A stretch of 64,000 bases of DNA from Adineta vaga (GCA_021613535.1 CP075494.1:434001-498000), one strand, 5' to 3'; positions 37,278 through 50,593 are shown, numbered from the stretch's first letter. Numbers and translations are program-made. Notes: generated by a model not told the origin, from the letters alone.

Positions 37278-38399
37278 ATGAATTTAATAATATGCCATTG
37301 GTTTATTATTTCTTTAATATTTATGAAATGTTTGGGAATTATCGAAAAAAATAATCATTTAACTAAAAGAACAGATTGTCGTAATGCAAGAACATGGCCT
37401 TTCTTATCCAGCTCAATTTGGAATACACCCATTGGTAGTAATGCAATATTTCATGATCCAGGAATCTTTCGTACACCATTTCCATTACCAAATAATTTCT
37501 TTTCTGATGATGATTATTTTATTATTACTAATAGTAATGATCCACTAACACCATGGTTTAATCAAGGTTGGTGGGGCAATCCAGGAGGTAAAGCACATTG
37601 TAATGTTACGGGCAAACTTGTTGGTAATATCTCATTTCCAGCTAATTTAATAGTAACTGAATTTGGTAATAATAATGCTGTTGCACTATTACAACCAGAC
37701 AATCATAGTATTATTAATACACAACCATTATATCGATGTACACCTGGTTCACCAGTATTATCATTACTAAAAAATGATCTATTAGGAAAAGATGATATCA
37801 TATCGAGTAATGGCACATGGGGTGCACATGGTGGTAGTGGACTTTCTTCAATAGGTGGAACTATTCGATTAGGTGAATTGTTACCAAATTCTCCACCAAT
37901 TCGACATGCACTCAAATTACAATTATTTGCAAAACAATATTACTATAATCAACGACCTGGATTTGTTTGGCCTGCATTGAACTGTGATGGTTATGCTTTC
38001 AATCCAACAGATCCAAATCGTTACGGTGGTAATGATATTTATTTATCACCTGGTTCTCTTCTTGCCATTCCTTTCAATATTTCCGTCAATGTTACAACTT
38101 TACCAGGTCGAAAATTATTATTTGCATTAAAAAACTATGGTGGATATTTATGTGATGATACCTATGCTAATCGTGGTACAATAAATACAGAACATGGTGT
38201 TACTGATGAATTCCAAAATACATATGGTTATTCTTTTAATTCTGGCTCAACAGGTCCTGGTGCTGCATGGTACAACGATATGTTAGCATTATTTCAGTCA
38301 TTACAAATTGTTATCAACAATAGCAATACAACAATAGGTGGTGGAGGAATACCATCACAACCATCACCACCACCCATTTGTTCTGTCAACACATTATGA
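37278..38399 (+). CDS. Secreted uncharacterised protein of bacterial-like type, intronless
   Basis: Signal peptide; WPFLSSSIWNTPIG, GAHGGSGLSSIGGTIRLGEL, PIRHAL, WPA..DGYA, ALKNYGGY..DDT. Confidence 0.8.
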   Translation: MNLIICHWFIISLIFMKCLGIIEKNNHLTKRTDCRNARTWPFLSSSIWNTPIGSNAIFHDPGIFRTPFPLPNNFFSDDDYFIITNSNDPLTPWFNQGWWGNPGGKAHCNVTGKLVGNISFPANLIVTEFGNNNAVALLQPDNHSIINTQPLYRCTPGSPVLSLLKNDLLGKDDIISSNGTWGAHGGSGLSSIGGTIRLGELLPNSPPIRHALKLQLFAKQYYYNQRPGFVWPALNCDGYAFNPTDPNRYGGNDIYLSPGSLLAIPFNISVNVTTLPGRKLLFALKNYGGYLCDDTYANRGTINTEHGVTDEFQNTYGYSFNSGSTGPGAAWYNDMLALFQSLQIVINNSNTTIGGGGIPSQPSPPPICSVNTL

Positions 38400-38412
38400 C
38401 ATCAATCAAATA

Positions 38413-38460
38413 GAGGGTGTGGCTGTGGGTGTGGTTTTAATCTTTAACCCATACCCTCAA
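38413..38460. repeat. Telomere-repeat palindrome about 14 bp after a stop codon
   Basis: gagggtgtggctgtgggtgtgg...aacccataccctcaa. Confidence 0.85.
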
Positions 38461-38529
38461 ATTATTTAAGACTATTACACATTACAATATGTCATTCTTT
38501 TTTTCCACATAGGAATAAGTTCAGTTATT

Positions 38530-39260
38530 CATGTTTATTGTTTCAAATCACATCTTTCTGTATACTTATCGACACGAAATATTTGTTTAACTTCCATTCG
38601 AAATGTTTTTGATATAAATAAATTTCCCACAAAATTTACACATAATGGAATATATGCAACAAAAAAGAACCAACTATTTGAATAAAATAATTAAACGTTT
38701 CTTGTGATTTATTCTTTCCAAATTGTTTATATACACCGACAATTGCTAACATTGAATAGAATATTATGTGAATAAGTGTTTCCATTACTAACATTAAAGC
38801 AAATTGACGATTTTTTAAACCAATTCCCCTAATTTCTTGATGATTAAGTATATACTTCCATTTATATGCGTAAATGGACTTATTCTACGAATACGAATAT
38901 CTTGAAGATTTTTACATGTCCATATTCCAAAAATAATCAATAACAAAGACATGAGAATACCTCTGATAAAAGTTGAATAATACCCAATAAGTTCTGTATA
39001 TATACCTAATTGAAAATAGTAAATATAATAACCAGGAGCTAATTCTTGATAACCAATAAGAATTAATGTATGACTATGAAAAAACATCCAAAATATTGTT
39101 CCTATGAAAAGAGATTTATAAGTAAGATTAAGACTACTTCGTTGTCGTGTAAGTGCATTTGGTGATGTAACTATAACACGATCAATTGAAGCTAAAATGA
39201 AATAAAATGAAATAAGACAATCAAATAATAATGAACAATAATAAATATAGGTAATAATCA
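38530..39260 (-). pseudogene. Degenerate class A-like GPCR
   Basis: LASIDRVIVTSPNALTRQRS upstream, TM segments in ORF 38815-39087, frameshifts, YLFISKTFR-like TM7 end. Confidence 0.65.
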
Positions 39261-39767
39261 GTTATATGACATGAGACATGTCTGGATAAGGATAAGTGGC
39301 TATGTTATAACAAAAAATATGAATATAGGAGACCTAGGTCGAATAAATAAGATTAGATCACGATATTTTTATAGTTTTTTTTTTATCTGGCTAAAAGTAA
39401 GTTTGAATAGGAATTTCTAGTTATGTCGTAGGATATTTATATTTCTATGTGAAACTTTTTGTATCAAAACGATTACACGTGTTCTATAGAATGAGTATGG
39501 GTGATTCAGTAATGTTAAATTTAAAATTTGAATTTCAGCTATGTATTCACATCGTCTATTTTTAACAACTTAGACAGAATTGTGTTTCACAGTTGCATCA
39601 CAATTTCATCATAATAGAAAAACATGGGCAAGTTTTTAATTATTCAACTATTCATCTACTCAAGTTACAAAATGTATATGACTTTTTTGCTCCATATAGT
39701 CGATGAGTTTTATTCAAATGTTATACAGAAAAATACAACGATTTCGCATCATTATTCGATCGAATCT

Positions 39768-40976
39768 TCAGTATTGTTGTTTCAAATAAATCGTTGTTCT
39801 TTCTTCTTCTTCTTGTTCGATCTCTGTAATAAGAAAACACGAATACGGCAAGATTAATATTTCTGCTTCATATTTGAATTCTGATATATTTGATATATCA
39901 ATAGCAGTTGATTTGTCATTCGTTATTTCATAAATACAAAAGTAAGAATGTTTATCTAAATCAGATATTTCTTCACCATAAGAAAACATTTTAGCAACAT
40001 TAGGATCTGTTGATGTTGAGAGAAATGTAGTTGTCATAATACAAGAATCAACTTTGTAATGATCAAGTAAATGTCTTGAAAGAACAATACCACGATAAGT
40101 TTTACCAATAAAACTAAGTTTTCGATATTTATCATAACGAAAAAGAATACTCATGATTGCTTTTGTACCATCTTCTGTTGAATATAGACAATCACATGAA
40201 AATTGACTACAACCATTATTTAGATCATGTATAATATTACGTGCCATATCTTTATTTAATAATCTGGAAAAATTTTGACAAATCGTATATGCAGTAATAA
40301 TATAATCAGGTTCTTCTTCATGTAATGCACTTTCTAGATTATTAAGTACTTTTGTATTGATTTCCAAAGAAGAATCTCGCAGACGTGTATTGATATAACC
40401 TTTTTTTATTGTATGAAGTTTTCGTTTCAAGTCATTTCTACTCATTGGTGTGAATAACTCTAATTCATGACGAAATCTCAATGATTTTTCTGTTGCATTT
40501 TGATCAATTAACTCCCATTCATAGAAATTGATATCATTTACTAATGAACAAATTTTACATTTAATTCTCGGTTGATCCGCGACAATTGTATCATTGGATT
40601 TAAGTATGAATATAAAACGATTCGATTGTGGACGTTGAAATAAATCTTCAATTTCTTTTGTTTCAGCGAATTCATAAGGTTGATGACCATCTGCATTAAT
40701 TAGCGATCGTCTTGCACCATACGCTAAGAGCATTTGAATAATTTCTTTATGTTGATTTCTTGTAGCAACATGCAAAGCCGTTTCATTCATTGGTGGATAT
40801 TGATAATTAATTTCTTCGAAGTTCATTGTTTCCAAGCATGATTTTACACGTACAAAATCGTTCGTTTGACAAAAAATGTAGAGTGATGAAGGAGAAGAGT
40901 TAAGATCTCTCCAAAACTGAAAGTATTTAGACAATCGAAAACGTCTCTGTGTATTCATTTCATCAGAATGCGTCAT
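39768..40976 (-). CDS. Ankyrin repeat plus R-S-E type ADP-ribosyltransferase
   Basis: ETALHVA ankyrin motif; TYRG, FLSTS and EAEILILP catalytic motifs. Confidence 0.9.
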   Translation of the reverse strand: MTHSDEMNTQRRFRLSKYFQFWRDLNSSPSSLYIFCQTNDFVRVKSCLETMNFEEINYQYPPMNETALHVATRNQHKEIIQMLLAYGARRSLINADGHQPYEFAETKEIEDLFQRPQSNRFIFILKSNDTIVADQPRIKCKICSLVNDINFYEWELIDQNATEKSLRFRHELELFTPMSRNDLKRKLHTIKKGYINTRLRDSSLEINTKVLNNLESALHEEEPDYIITAYTICQNFSRLLNKDMARNIIHDLNNGCSQFSCDCLYSTEDGTKAIMSILFRYDKYRKLSFIGKTYRGIVLSRHLLDHYKVDSCIMTTTFLSTSTDPNVAKMFSYGEEISDLDKHSYFCIYEITNDKSTAIDISNISEFKYEAEILILPYSCFLITEIEQEEEERTTIYLKQQY

Positions 40977-41170
40977 GTTTTGTACAAAAAATACGTGCAA
41001 TAATGACTCTGTTCTGTCATGTTCGTTTTACTTCCTTTATCAGTAAATCATTCAAGTGTAATAACTAAAAAAGCAATTAATTATTATATCATACAGGTAA
41101 ACGAGTTTGTAATGAGTAATGAAAACATTGGAAAAAAGAAGAGAAATAGTTTCTTCCCGTGCATTAAACA

Positions 41171-42376
41171 ATGAATGAATTGCAATGTGGACGAAATATT
41201 GATGATTGTTTAAATTTTTATAATTTAACTTTATGTTCTTTGGAGAATAATACTTGTGTAGAAAATCATGGATTTTGCGTTTTTAATGATAAAATTCAAC
41301 CTAAATGTGTATGTTTACCCTGTTTTATTGGTGAACATTGTGAAGAAGATAGAATATCGAGAAATTTGTGGCAATCTGTTCTTCCTCACAACGAAATAGC
41401 TACAAATGGAGCTTACATTCCAGCTATTATTGTGTTAGTATGGGGTGCATTTCTTTTATTAAATGGAATATTCTGTTTGCAGACGTATTTATGTAGAAAA
41501 ATACGTGAAACAAACTTAGGAATTTATTTAATAATGCTCTCAATTGTATCGATATTTATTGGTTTGATAGTACTTATATTTGCTTCACTCGCGTTACACA
41601 TCAAAGAATTACCACAACCATTACTATTTGCCGATCTTTATTGTCTTATTTATGGAAAATTTCTTTACATTCCTCTTGTTTCTATGTACAATTGGTTTAT
41701 TGCTTGTGTAGCCATAGAACGAGCGTTAGTTACCTGTTCGAAAAACTATGAATTACACGATTCGAGACGTCGTTCAATTCTAGTTTCTATTGTTATTATA
41801 ATCATTTGTCCATTGAGTATGCTTCCTGGAACTTTTACAGTTCGTCAAAATCAATCTGCAGAATTGCGACCTGTACAGTGCATGAACTTCACACCATTCG
41901 GATATATTTTACATACAACTATTACATGCATTCATTTACTTGCATTTTATCTTCTTTATATTATAATGAATATTTTGGTATTAGGATATCTTTTAAAACA
42001 TCGTCGACGTTTTGTAGTAGCTGATTCATTATCTGCACAAATTTATCTTATCTTACGTAAACATAAAGATTTTTTTATACCGTACTTAGTTCAAGCTCTT
42101 ACTCAATTACCTCATATTATAATGGGTTTTATTACGACCTGTTCAATGGCTTCGACATCACTTGCTACATATTTATTTATAATATTTCTTATTCTACAAA
42201 TTCTTCCATTTCTAATAACATTTTATTTATATATTTATTTATCACCAATATACTGGATAGAGTTCTTGTATTCATCTCCCATTGGCAAATGTCTAATGAA
42301 ATCGAAAGAAAAAATGCGCAATGCCTTCCATCATAATACTGTCAATAATATTGAACTGTCTCAAATGCGTTACTAA
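41171..42376 (+). CDS. EGF-like domain plus class A-like 7TM receptor
   Basis: CVENHGFC..CVCLPCFIGEHCE; CVAIERA; seven hydrophobic segments. Confidence 0.85.
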   Translation: MNELQCGRNIDDCLNFYNLTLCSLENNTCVENHGFCVFNDKIQPKCVCLPCFIGEHCEEDRISRNLWQSVLPHNEIATNGAYIPAIIVLVWGAFLLLNGIFCLQTYLCRKIRETNLGIYLIMLSIVSIFIGLIVLIFASLALHIKELPQPLLFADLYCLIYGKFLYIPLVSMYNWFIACVAIERALVTCSKNYELHDSRRRSILVSIVIIIICPLSMLPGTFTVRQNQSAELRPVQCMNFTPFGYILHTTITCIHLLAFYLLYIIMNILVLGYLLKHRRRFVVADSLSAQIYLILRKHKDFFIPYLVQALTQLPHIIMGFITTCSMASTSLATYLFIIFLILQILPFLITFYLYIYLSPIYWIEFLYSSPIGKCLMKSKEKMRNAFHHNTVNNIELSQMRY

Positions 42377-42447
42377 TATTAATATATTTATATACAAAAT
42401 AAAAAAAGAAATAAAAAAAAACTAATTATTGTCTAAGTGAAAAATCA

Positions 42448-42461
42448 GGGTGTGGGTGTGT
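42448..42461. repeat. Half telomere-repeat element
   Basis: gggtgtgggtgtgt about 70 bp after the GPCR stop. Confidence 0.55.
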
Positions 42462-42588
42462 ATAAAAATCTAAAAAAAGACGACGTGTTGTATATTTAAA
42501 TAAGAGAAACACGCATAATTATGTTTGTCGTTCTTCTGTGTTTTTTCCAAGTATAATATATAACAAATGAGTCATGACTACCTTTACT

Positions 42589-43620
42589 TCATCGAAAGAT
42601 TGAATCAATTGGTATAGTGGAAAATTCCAAACTCTTAAGGGTAAGGGTGTAGGTGTTAATAGAAGAGACTCTCATTAATAAAATAAAATCTTTTTCAAAT
42701 AAATTAATCGTAAGATCTTCTATTTGAAGAAAAACATTTATAATAATTTGAATCTTTGCTAATATTAATTTTTGAAAAGAAAAATGAAAACATTTAATAG
42801 ATAATTTCATAAGTTGTTTTAATGGATAAAAATGATTTAAATCATTTACAATTGAATTTATATGGTACTTCAAATACTTTACAAAGTGTAAGTTCCGTTG
42901 CTTGTGGAAATTTATCGACAGATTCTTTTATCGTTTTTGTCTTATGAATATAAATATGATGAATTGGATCTTCATTTATCTCATGACGACTTGATCAAAT
43001 ATTTTCTTCTAAAAAACCATTGATGATCTATAAAAAATTTAGAATTAAATTTATCGGTAAGATTTTCAAATATTTGATGTTTATCATTAGAATGAATTCC
43101 TCGAAATGAACATTGAAAATAAAAAAATACGTAAATTAAACATATGATTAGAAATTATTCGTTGATAATTATCAGAATCGATATATTCTCTATCACTATC
43201 AATTGAAATATCATGATTTATGATCAAATATTGAACAGATGTTATTTTATCGATAGTATCATTAATTGATACAATAATTAATGAAGATAAAATGAGTAAA
43301 GAAAATAAATAATCAAGAATTGGTTCGATAGGATTTAAATAAAGTGTTGAAAGTAGCGTCAAGTTTTTCATTATTGGAATAAATAATGAACATAGATTAA
43401 TACAAAGATTTGTTAATCGAAATAATTTAATTCGAGATACATAAGATTTAATAATATATTTGAAATAATGTTCAATGTTTATTTTGGATATGGAGGAAAT
43501 ATTGATTGAAATGGGATAATTTGAATTAAGAAAAAGATTGATATACATGATGATTAAGAAGATAATCAAATATTTCATAGAATAGTTCATTTGAAAGATC
43601 TTCAAATAACGAGATTTTTT
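42589..43620 (-). pseudogene. Degraded F-box/LRR-type gene
   Basis: SLFEDLSNELFYEIFDYL F-box motif followed by frameshifted fragments. Confidence 0.65.
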
Positions 43621-43658
43621 TATAAAATAGAAAAAAAGAAAAAAAGAATAGTATTATA

Positions 43659-44200
43659 TTAACCCTCTGAATACCATGCGAAAAAAATCCCGTGGAACAC
43701 CATGCATGGACATTTTTGTCCATATATGTAAATCATAGAAAAAAGACTTTAGTTAATTTTACTATTAATATATTTAGTTAATCGTATATATTAGGACTCT
43801 CACCATATATTTCACACATAATATTCACAGAACTATGAATTTTACACACATATTCCGCATTTGCAGCATCTGGTGCCAATTCTGCTAGTTTTTTGTTTAC
43901 TTGCATAGTCGAAAGCTTTATCGCAACAAATTTTGCACCGACGACGATTCACTGCCATCGATTGAGTTGCTGCTGTTGTTTCTACTGTTGCTTTTGCTCT
44001 TGTTGTTGTTTTTGTTGCTAATGATGATGGTGAAGACGAATCTTCTGGCGTCTTTTCATGCAAGATGCTGTGTATTCCCAAAATAACATCTTTGTGTGAA
44101 TTCGATGTGTTTCTTTGTAAGACATAAGGTTTCACCAAACAAAGAGCTAGTTCTCTTAGAAAAAGTTCTTTTCTTTTTCATAAAACATACGATGCAACAT
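43659..44200 (-). mobile_element. piggyBac relic (3' end)
   Basis: TTAA-CCCT terminus near 43659; C-terminal Cys-rich RRRCKIC..TRCCKCGICV in ORF 43842-44138. Confidence 0.55.
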
Positions 44201-44552
44201 TCGTTGCTTTTTAGTTATTTTTCTCTTCTTATTATTAACATTATTCAATATTCAATCGACAAATTTAAGATTTATTCCAAATACTAATAAAACTAGTCGA
44301 TCAAGTAAAGTCGAAGAGTTTCTTTTTTTTCTGTTAAACTTCTAAATAACATATAGAATTGTTTGAAATTATGGTCATTTAAATTATTTACGACTTTATC
44401 AAGTAGCAAGTTTACTATTTGATGGAAAAATTTTAATTACTGATGGAGAAGATGATGATAGTTGTGTTATACAACAGAATTTTATGATTCATCGACAAAA
44501 AATTGGACAAATATTTATGATGTGAGTGATTGTCGATGGTTTCATTCAGCGG

Positions 44553-44620
44553 GATGAGGAGTGTGGGTGAGGGTCTGAATGGGTGCAAGTCAGTGTCCCT
44601 ATTCACTCACACCCTCACTA
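44553..44620. repeat. Telomere-repeat palindrome (spacer type C)
   Basis: gatgaggagtgtgggtgaggg...gtgcaagtcagtgtccctattcactcacaccctcac. Confidence 0.8.
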
Positions 44621-44803
44621 AGGAATCAATTACATTTATTATGAATCAGAGGCAGATAATATCACATCATGTTTTTTCTTCCTAAAATTGCATATTGAAT
44701 GGAATAAGAGAGAATAACTGAAGTGACGAACAAATCGCTTCATATATTAACGTGTGAAATTAATATTAACGACAAGAAGAAAGAAATGATAACATTAAGA
44801 ATG

Positions 44804-45200
44804 ATGGTGTGGGTCAGAGATGTCCATCGCGGTTAAAAATCTACCGCTGCCACGCCGCTGCCGCGATGGTTTCAGAAGAAAAACTTTGAAACTTGAGTCT
44901 TGCGACTGTGTTGGACCGGAAATACTGCTAATAATCTATCATATTCATTTAGTCTCAAATTGTTACATTTGTAAACACTAAAATTCTGATAAAACTATGC
45001 TGTTTTCCAATGTTTCTCTAAAAATTGCTGCCGCTGCCGCGTCGATGCCGCGGTGATGTTTCCGAAAATCTGCCGTTGCCGCTGCCGCCGTCGCGTCGCG
45101 GCAGTGGTAGCGCCGCGATGGACATCTCTGATGTGGGTGTGGATTAAGATTATAGCCTGACCCACACGCACACTCTCACCCACATCCACATCCTCACATG
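44804..45200. repeat. Telomere-repeat palindrome (spacer type B) interrupted by a MITE
   Basis: Removing 44815-45130 and one TSD restores ggtgtgggtgtggattaagattatagcctgacccacacgcacactctcaccc. Confidence 0.8.
44815..45130. mobile_element. hAT-type MITE, 316 bp
   Basis: Perfect 18-bp TIR CAGAGATGTCCATCGCGG; 8-bp TSD gtgtgggt/atgtgggt; GCCGCT subterminal repeats. Confidence 0.88.
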
Positions 45201-45424
45201 CACACACGTTAAGAGTAAATGACACTCATCAAAAGAGAGAAAAAAACAAATTTTTCTCTTTTTCGATCGATACGAAGAAAACTATTAAATAAAATCATTA
45301 GTAGGCCTTTTTCGTCTGATTTTACATCTAACTATACTCTTTTTCTATAGAACGAAAGAAAATTAGTTTTTATTCAGCAGAAAATAGACATTTTTTCTAT
45401 TCTCCATGATTAATAAAGTGAACG

Positions 45425-47971
45425 TTAAAATTGTTTACGAACATCTTCGAGTAATTTGTTGAGTTTGGTTATATCATTACCAAGAAGATTGAGTAGATAT
45501 TTACGTGCTTTTTGTACAATACCATACCACATTGATGAAAGAGAAGCAAAACGTGTTTCAAGTATTGCAATAATGATAGAAGAAAGAAGTATTTCTTTAT
45601 TTGCCATGTGTGCAAATGTCGTTAATGGTTTTTTAGTTAGTTTTTCAATATCATTTTCATCTATTTGCCAAGAACCATCAAATTTTTGTTTATTAATTAA
45701 ATAACGAACGATATCTTCGTCATTCATGATTGATAGATCAGTTGTTTGCGTTGAAAAACTATTATTATTGCGAGACTGAAAAGGATCGTCATCATCTTCA
45801 TCTTCTGATAATTCTTCATCGTCATCTTCATCTGGTAATGGTACACTCTGTACATATTAAAAATAGACACACTTAAAATTCAAATAAAATTTTTCAAAAT
45901 TATATAATACCTTTTGAATAGATCGACGACACAGCTCACGAAATGACATATCGCAATCAAATGAATCGTCATCATCCTCGCTTGAACAATCATCATCTGT
46001 CATGGGTGACGTTGTCGAATATGAACTATAGTAGTTTTGATGATAACTATGTAAATGTTGATCATCAGCTGATATTTGTATTGGTACTTCACGTAACACC
46101 ATATCACTATTATTTCCATTCAATCGTTTTTCAACACCAATAAATGCTGTATGAGGACTAAGAATATGATATTTTAATGATAATTCAATTATTCGTTTCT
46201 TTATTATTTCTTTTGCACTTTCATCATCATTGTTAACAGCTTTTTGATGTTCTTGAAAACGAGTTTGCAATGAACCTGGACTCATCTTTTGAGTTGATGA
46301 TGGTAGTTTTTCATGTTGTAATTCAACAATAAGTGCTTTAGCAGCTAATCGACCAATTGTTTCATTATTATTACTAACATTTGGTATTATATTCACTTTT
46401 GCTTCACCTAATCGATGTTGTCCACATGTTAATTCGACTCGTAAATTATGATCAAATCGAATGGATGAATTTTTAGCCAATGCATAAACAATTAAACGAT
46501 CATTTACATAAACAGGTGGCATTTTATTTGGAACACTTGTGATCATATCTAAGTTCCATTTGATTTCTACATTAGTTATACATGATTGTAAAGCTTTTTG
46601 TAATTGTTCACCAACATGAATATCAACACTTGTATGAGGAGGAATAAAAACAAATCGACCATTTGTTGATCGAGCTAAACCTTTTACAAGTGATCGACTA
46701 GGAGATGAACCTAATCCAAATGAAAATATTCGAGTTGATGTTGCCATTGTTCGACAAAGATCAATCACTTCATTCACATTCGAAACTTCACCATCAGTCA
46801 AAAGAAAGATTTGACGAGCACGTCCTTCAATCGTTGGATTTTTCTCAAGCCATTGTAATGGAGATAACTATGAATAGAATAATAATTGACAAACATTATT
46901 CTAAAGACAAATCTAAACAACACTCACTAATTCAGTACCACCTAAATCTGCTCTCATTGCCTTTGTAAGTTGTTCAGCTTCTTGTGAATTTATTTCATTG
47001 TATAGAACAGTCATTTCTGGAAATAAACTTTGATGATTACTACCAAATCGAATTATGTTGAAGTAACAATTCACAGGTAAACTCTTAAGAAAAAGTAACA
47101 TGGCTTGTCGAGCTAATTCAATCTTATTTTCTTCATCCATTGAACCACTACAATCAACAAGAAAAATAAATTCGTTTGTCATTTCTTTATTATTCATAAC
47201 TCGTTGACAATCTTCTTCATTTGGTGTAAATGAAACCATCATTGCACCATTTTCAACAGCTAAGATTGTATTCGAACGATGTTCAATCAATTGCATATCC
47301 AAAAGAATATCACGATCCAAACAAGTATTTTCTTGTGCAAATGTAATAACATAATAATCTTGTTTACTTAAATCCATTTGAATTGGATGTGATGAAGAAC
47401 TAATTCTAGCAATATTATATTTCTCTACTTGACAATGAAAACTAATTGTATATGGAACAGATTGAACATATTTTGATGTTGTACCAGCTGGTGAACTCAA
47501 ACTACCTTTATCAGGATTATAACGAGGTGCAATAGTTGTTGGTACAACAAATCGAATCTTTTCACCATTTTCAACAAGATTTAATTCAGTTACATAACAT
47601 ATTTCAATTTGACATTCTTTTCCAGATGGAAGTGCACCAACATTAATAATAAAATTATCTTGTGATTTTTCATCTTGTTCTAATAAATAAGCACCATGAC
47701 CTGATTGGAGAGCTTCACTATATTCTTTTTGTGCTGTTTTCTTTTCTTTTAATTCACCAATAATTTCTCGATCATCAATTCGTGCAATAAAACTATAGAT
47801 TGCTGCTTGTTCTTCAATTGGAAAACAATATACAGCTTCAATTGATGTTGATTCTTCATTGCGAAACAGTTGTGTAATACTCACATCAGCAGCAAAAGAT
47901 CGAATAGTTGCTGCAATATTCACTTGTTTAAGAGGAACATATTGTTGTGGATTTTGTTTGTTTCGAAGCAT
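45425..47971 (-). CDS. VWA5A-like VIT plus vWA domain protein, with short introns
   Basis: VIT (IEAVYCFP, NVGALP), vWA MIDAS DCSGSM, TDGEV, FSFGLG; C-terminal QKFDGSW; introns near 46870-46930 and 45850-45910. Confidence 0.9.
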
Positions 47972-48148
47972 GTTGTAAAAAAAAGTATATGTATCTCGAT
48001 CTTTTGTAAAAGAAAACCTTTAGCTTATATACTTGTCGTGACATGAAGAGGTAACAATAATAAACACAAGATTGTGCAATAATTGACTAGGAACAAACAA
48101 AAAGTGAGGAAGACATATTTTAGTGAGTCATATATTATTATAATACGG

Positions 48149-48602
48149 TGTTAGAGGACGATACACGTCATCCTCTTTAGTTAGTTACATGACTTTTCTT
48201 TCGTTCTTCACATATGTTATATATGCTTTTTTTCTGTTCTGCACATATCGTATGTTCTATGTTGTCTGTTCTCTTCACCTATGTTTATACATTTCATCAT
48301 CTTTCGTTACCTCGATATATTCAATCATGTTTCATCATCTCGTTACCTCGATGTATTCAGATGATTTCATCATTTAGTTGATTGTTCACTGATATCTTCT
48401 CGTGATTTCATCATCCACTTCATTGTTCTAGTCTTTCCCTCTTTGTGTTATCATCGATCCCTCGATCTCTCGCTCATTGTGTCCACTTGCTATAAGTACT
48501 GCGTGATTTTTAGCAATAAACATTCATTCATTCACTCGTTCATCTATCAGTCTCATTTGCTCTTCGAGCGACCCGCTCACACACGTTTTTATAATCTTGT
48601 CA
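48149..48602 (+). mobile_element. Possible solo LTR
   Basis: TG...CA ends, TATA-like ctataag followed by aataaa, near-matching flanks tacgg/tacag. Confidence 0.4.
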
Positions 48603-48703
48603 TACAGCGACATCTATTTCTCTCAAATACAGCTTCAATCGTTAGCATTTATTAATGTAAAGATTTCAGAAATTGTTAGCTCTCTTGAGCATCAAAAAAT
48701 TCA

Positions 48704-48760
48704 CCATCTTTAGGGTGTGGGTGTGGTTATCTTGACCCATATACCCACACCCACCCTTCG
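48704..48760. repeat. Telomere-repeat palindrome, opposite orientation to the 27588 copy
   Basis: ccatctttagggtgtgggtgtgg...atacccacacccacccttcg. Confidence 0.9.
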
Positions 48761-50382
48761 TTTTATACCGACTCGATTTTCTATATACACGTATATATCT
48801 AGAACTGATGCGACTGCTTTCTTAGAAATCATTTTATTTTGTAACGATTTGCTTTTATTCTTATCGATTTAATATCACTATATGTACATACACAATTTGT
48901 TAAAACAGACGTCAAATTATTTTATTTCTTTAGTATAGAATAAAGCCTATGTGTTTGTTTCGTTCTAATTTGTATTTCAAATAATGATCCATCTTCTTAC
49001 CACCTCAAAAATAATACTAAATCAGTTAAATTAAAGTGAAAAAAAAACACTCAAACAATTTATTATATCATTTGAAATTTTCATTGAGAAAAGATTGACG
49101 AGTGATAATTGTATTTCGTAGAATTGTCTTTAATAAATGTGAATAAGAGGAGATGTTTGAAAAATAAAATCATTTTCAAAGAAAAAATTTCTCCATTACA
49201 TAAATAAATGTATCAAACCTTAAAAGAGACCAAAAATATCGTTCAATATATATTGAAAAATGTTTGATAAAAATTTCAAAAACTTTTATTCTTTCCTATG
49301 AGACTCGATAGTAAAACAACAATAAATACTCCTTCGACTCTATTTGCTCGACTTTTAATTCGAACAGCAATAGTATTACATTGACAACCAACAGAATTGA
49401 TAATAGAAATGGTTTGACTATCGTAATTCAACGATAAATTTACAGAATAGTCGGAGAGACGAATTGGTAGTACAAAATCTTTTGGGATATTATAATGCTA
49501 TCAAATAGAACTATCTTGTACACACATACACATGTCGTCTCTTTATTATAAAACTTAAAATATTTGAAAAACAAAATACAAAACAATTCTTTTGCTTCTC
49601 TGTGTAGAAGACATGATATTGTGATGAATTATTCATTTTCTTTTCTGTAAAAACCTTCAAACAGAATGAAGAACGGAGAATGAACTTATTTAGTCAGATA
49701 AAGTTCTGCTCTCATTTTACCTATATGTTGATTTTCTTTTTTTCTCAACATACACATGTTTATATGGAATCAATAAATCCATATTGAAAAGAGAAAGATT
49801 AATATACTGCATTCGCTATTATATTATTTACGGTATAAACAAGAGATTATTAATCATTACTTTAGTACTGCCCTAAGTAATACAAAACTTCTAAAGTTTG
49901 ATAAAATACCTTTTTTATAGTGTAAGTTTACTAAATGATAATCCTGACAAAAAAATGATTTAATCAATACAACTAAACATAAAACTAATAAAGAATTTTG
50001 TTACCAAAGACAGTTGTTATTTAAAACACATTCCATAAACTTGCTATTTCTATTCTATCACGTATACTTATCTAAAAGACTTAAATTCCTAATGTATAGA
50101 ATAATTCTCTATATCATATTTATAAAAATAATGAAGAGAAAAAAAGAATTAATAACATTCATTTGATGTTAATATATTGCATAAAAATATGTTTAATACA
50201 AGAAATCAATTCACTATTTTTACCATTAGTTTTATTCTTACAATCAACAATATATTAGGTATTCTAAAAGATGTCTTTTAGCATAAATGAATGATTTGAG
50301 AGAGCGTGAGGGTGAGATGCATCTCCAATATCCTCCAATTCTACTGGGTATGTAAGCGCCACTAATTTTTTCTTCTTTTATA

Positions 50383-50593
50383 GCTATTTCATATAATCAA
50401 CCAAAATTTTGTCTAACAAGCAGTCTGGAATCAAAATGGAATGACAATAGCCAATAGAACAACAGTTGGTTATTATCCTGTTGATATTTTTATTAACACA
50501 AAGAACACAATTTATGTTTCGAATCAAGAGAAGGATGAGATTTTAGTATGGTTCAACAATAGTATCAATCCAACAAAAATCAAGTCTGATTGT
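50383..50593 (+). pseudogene. 5' fragment of an NHL-repeat gene truncated at a half element
   Basis: ISYNQPKFC..WNQNGMTIAN..DIFINTKNTIYVS..ILVWFNNSINPTKI, then ttgagggtgtgggt. Confidence 0.65.

Noticed and set aside
44995-45225. 76-aa ORF with RRRQRQRQ
   Set aside because: It derives from the GC-rich MITE subterminal repeats.
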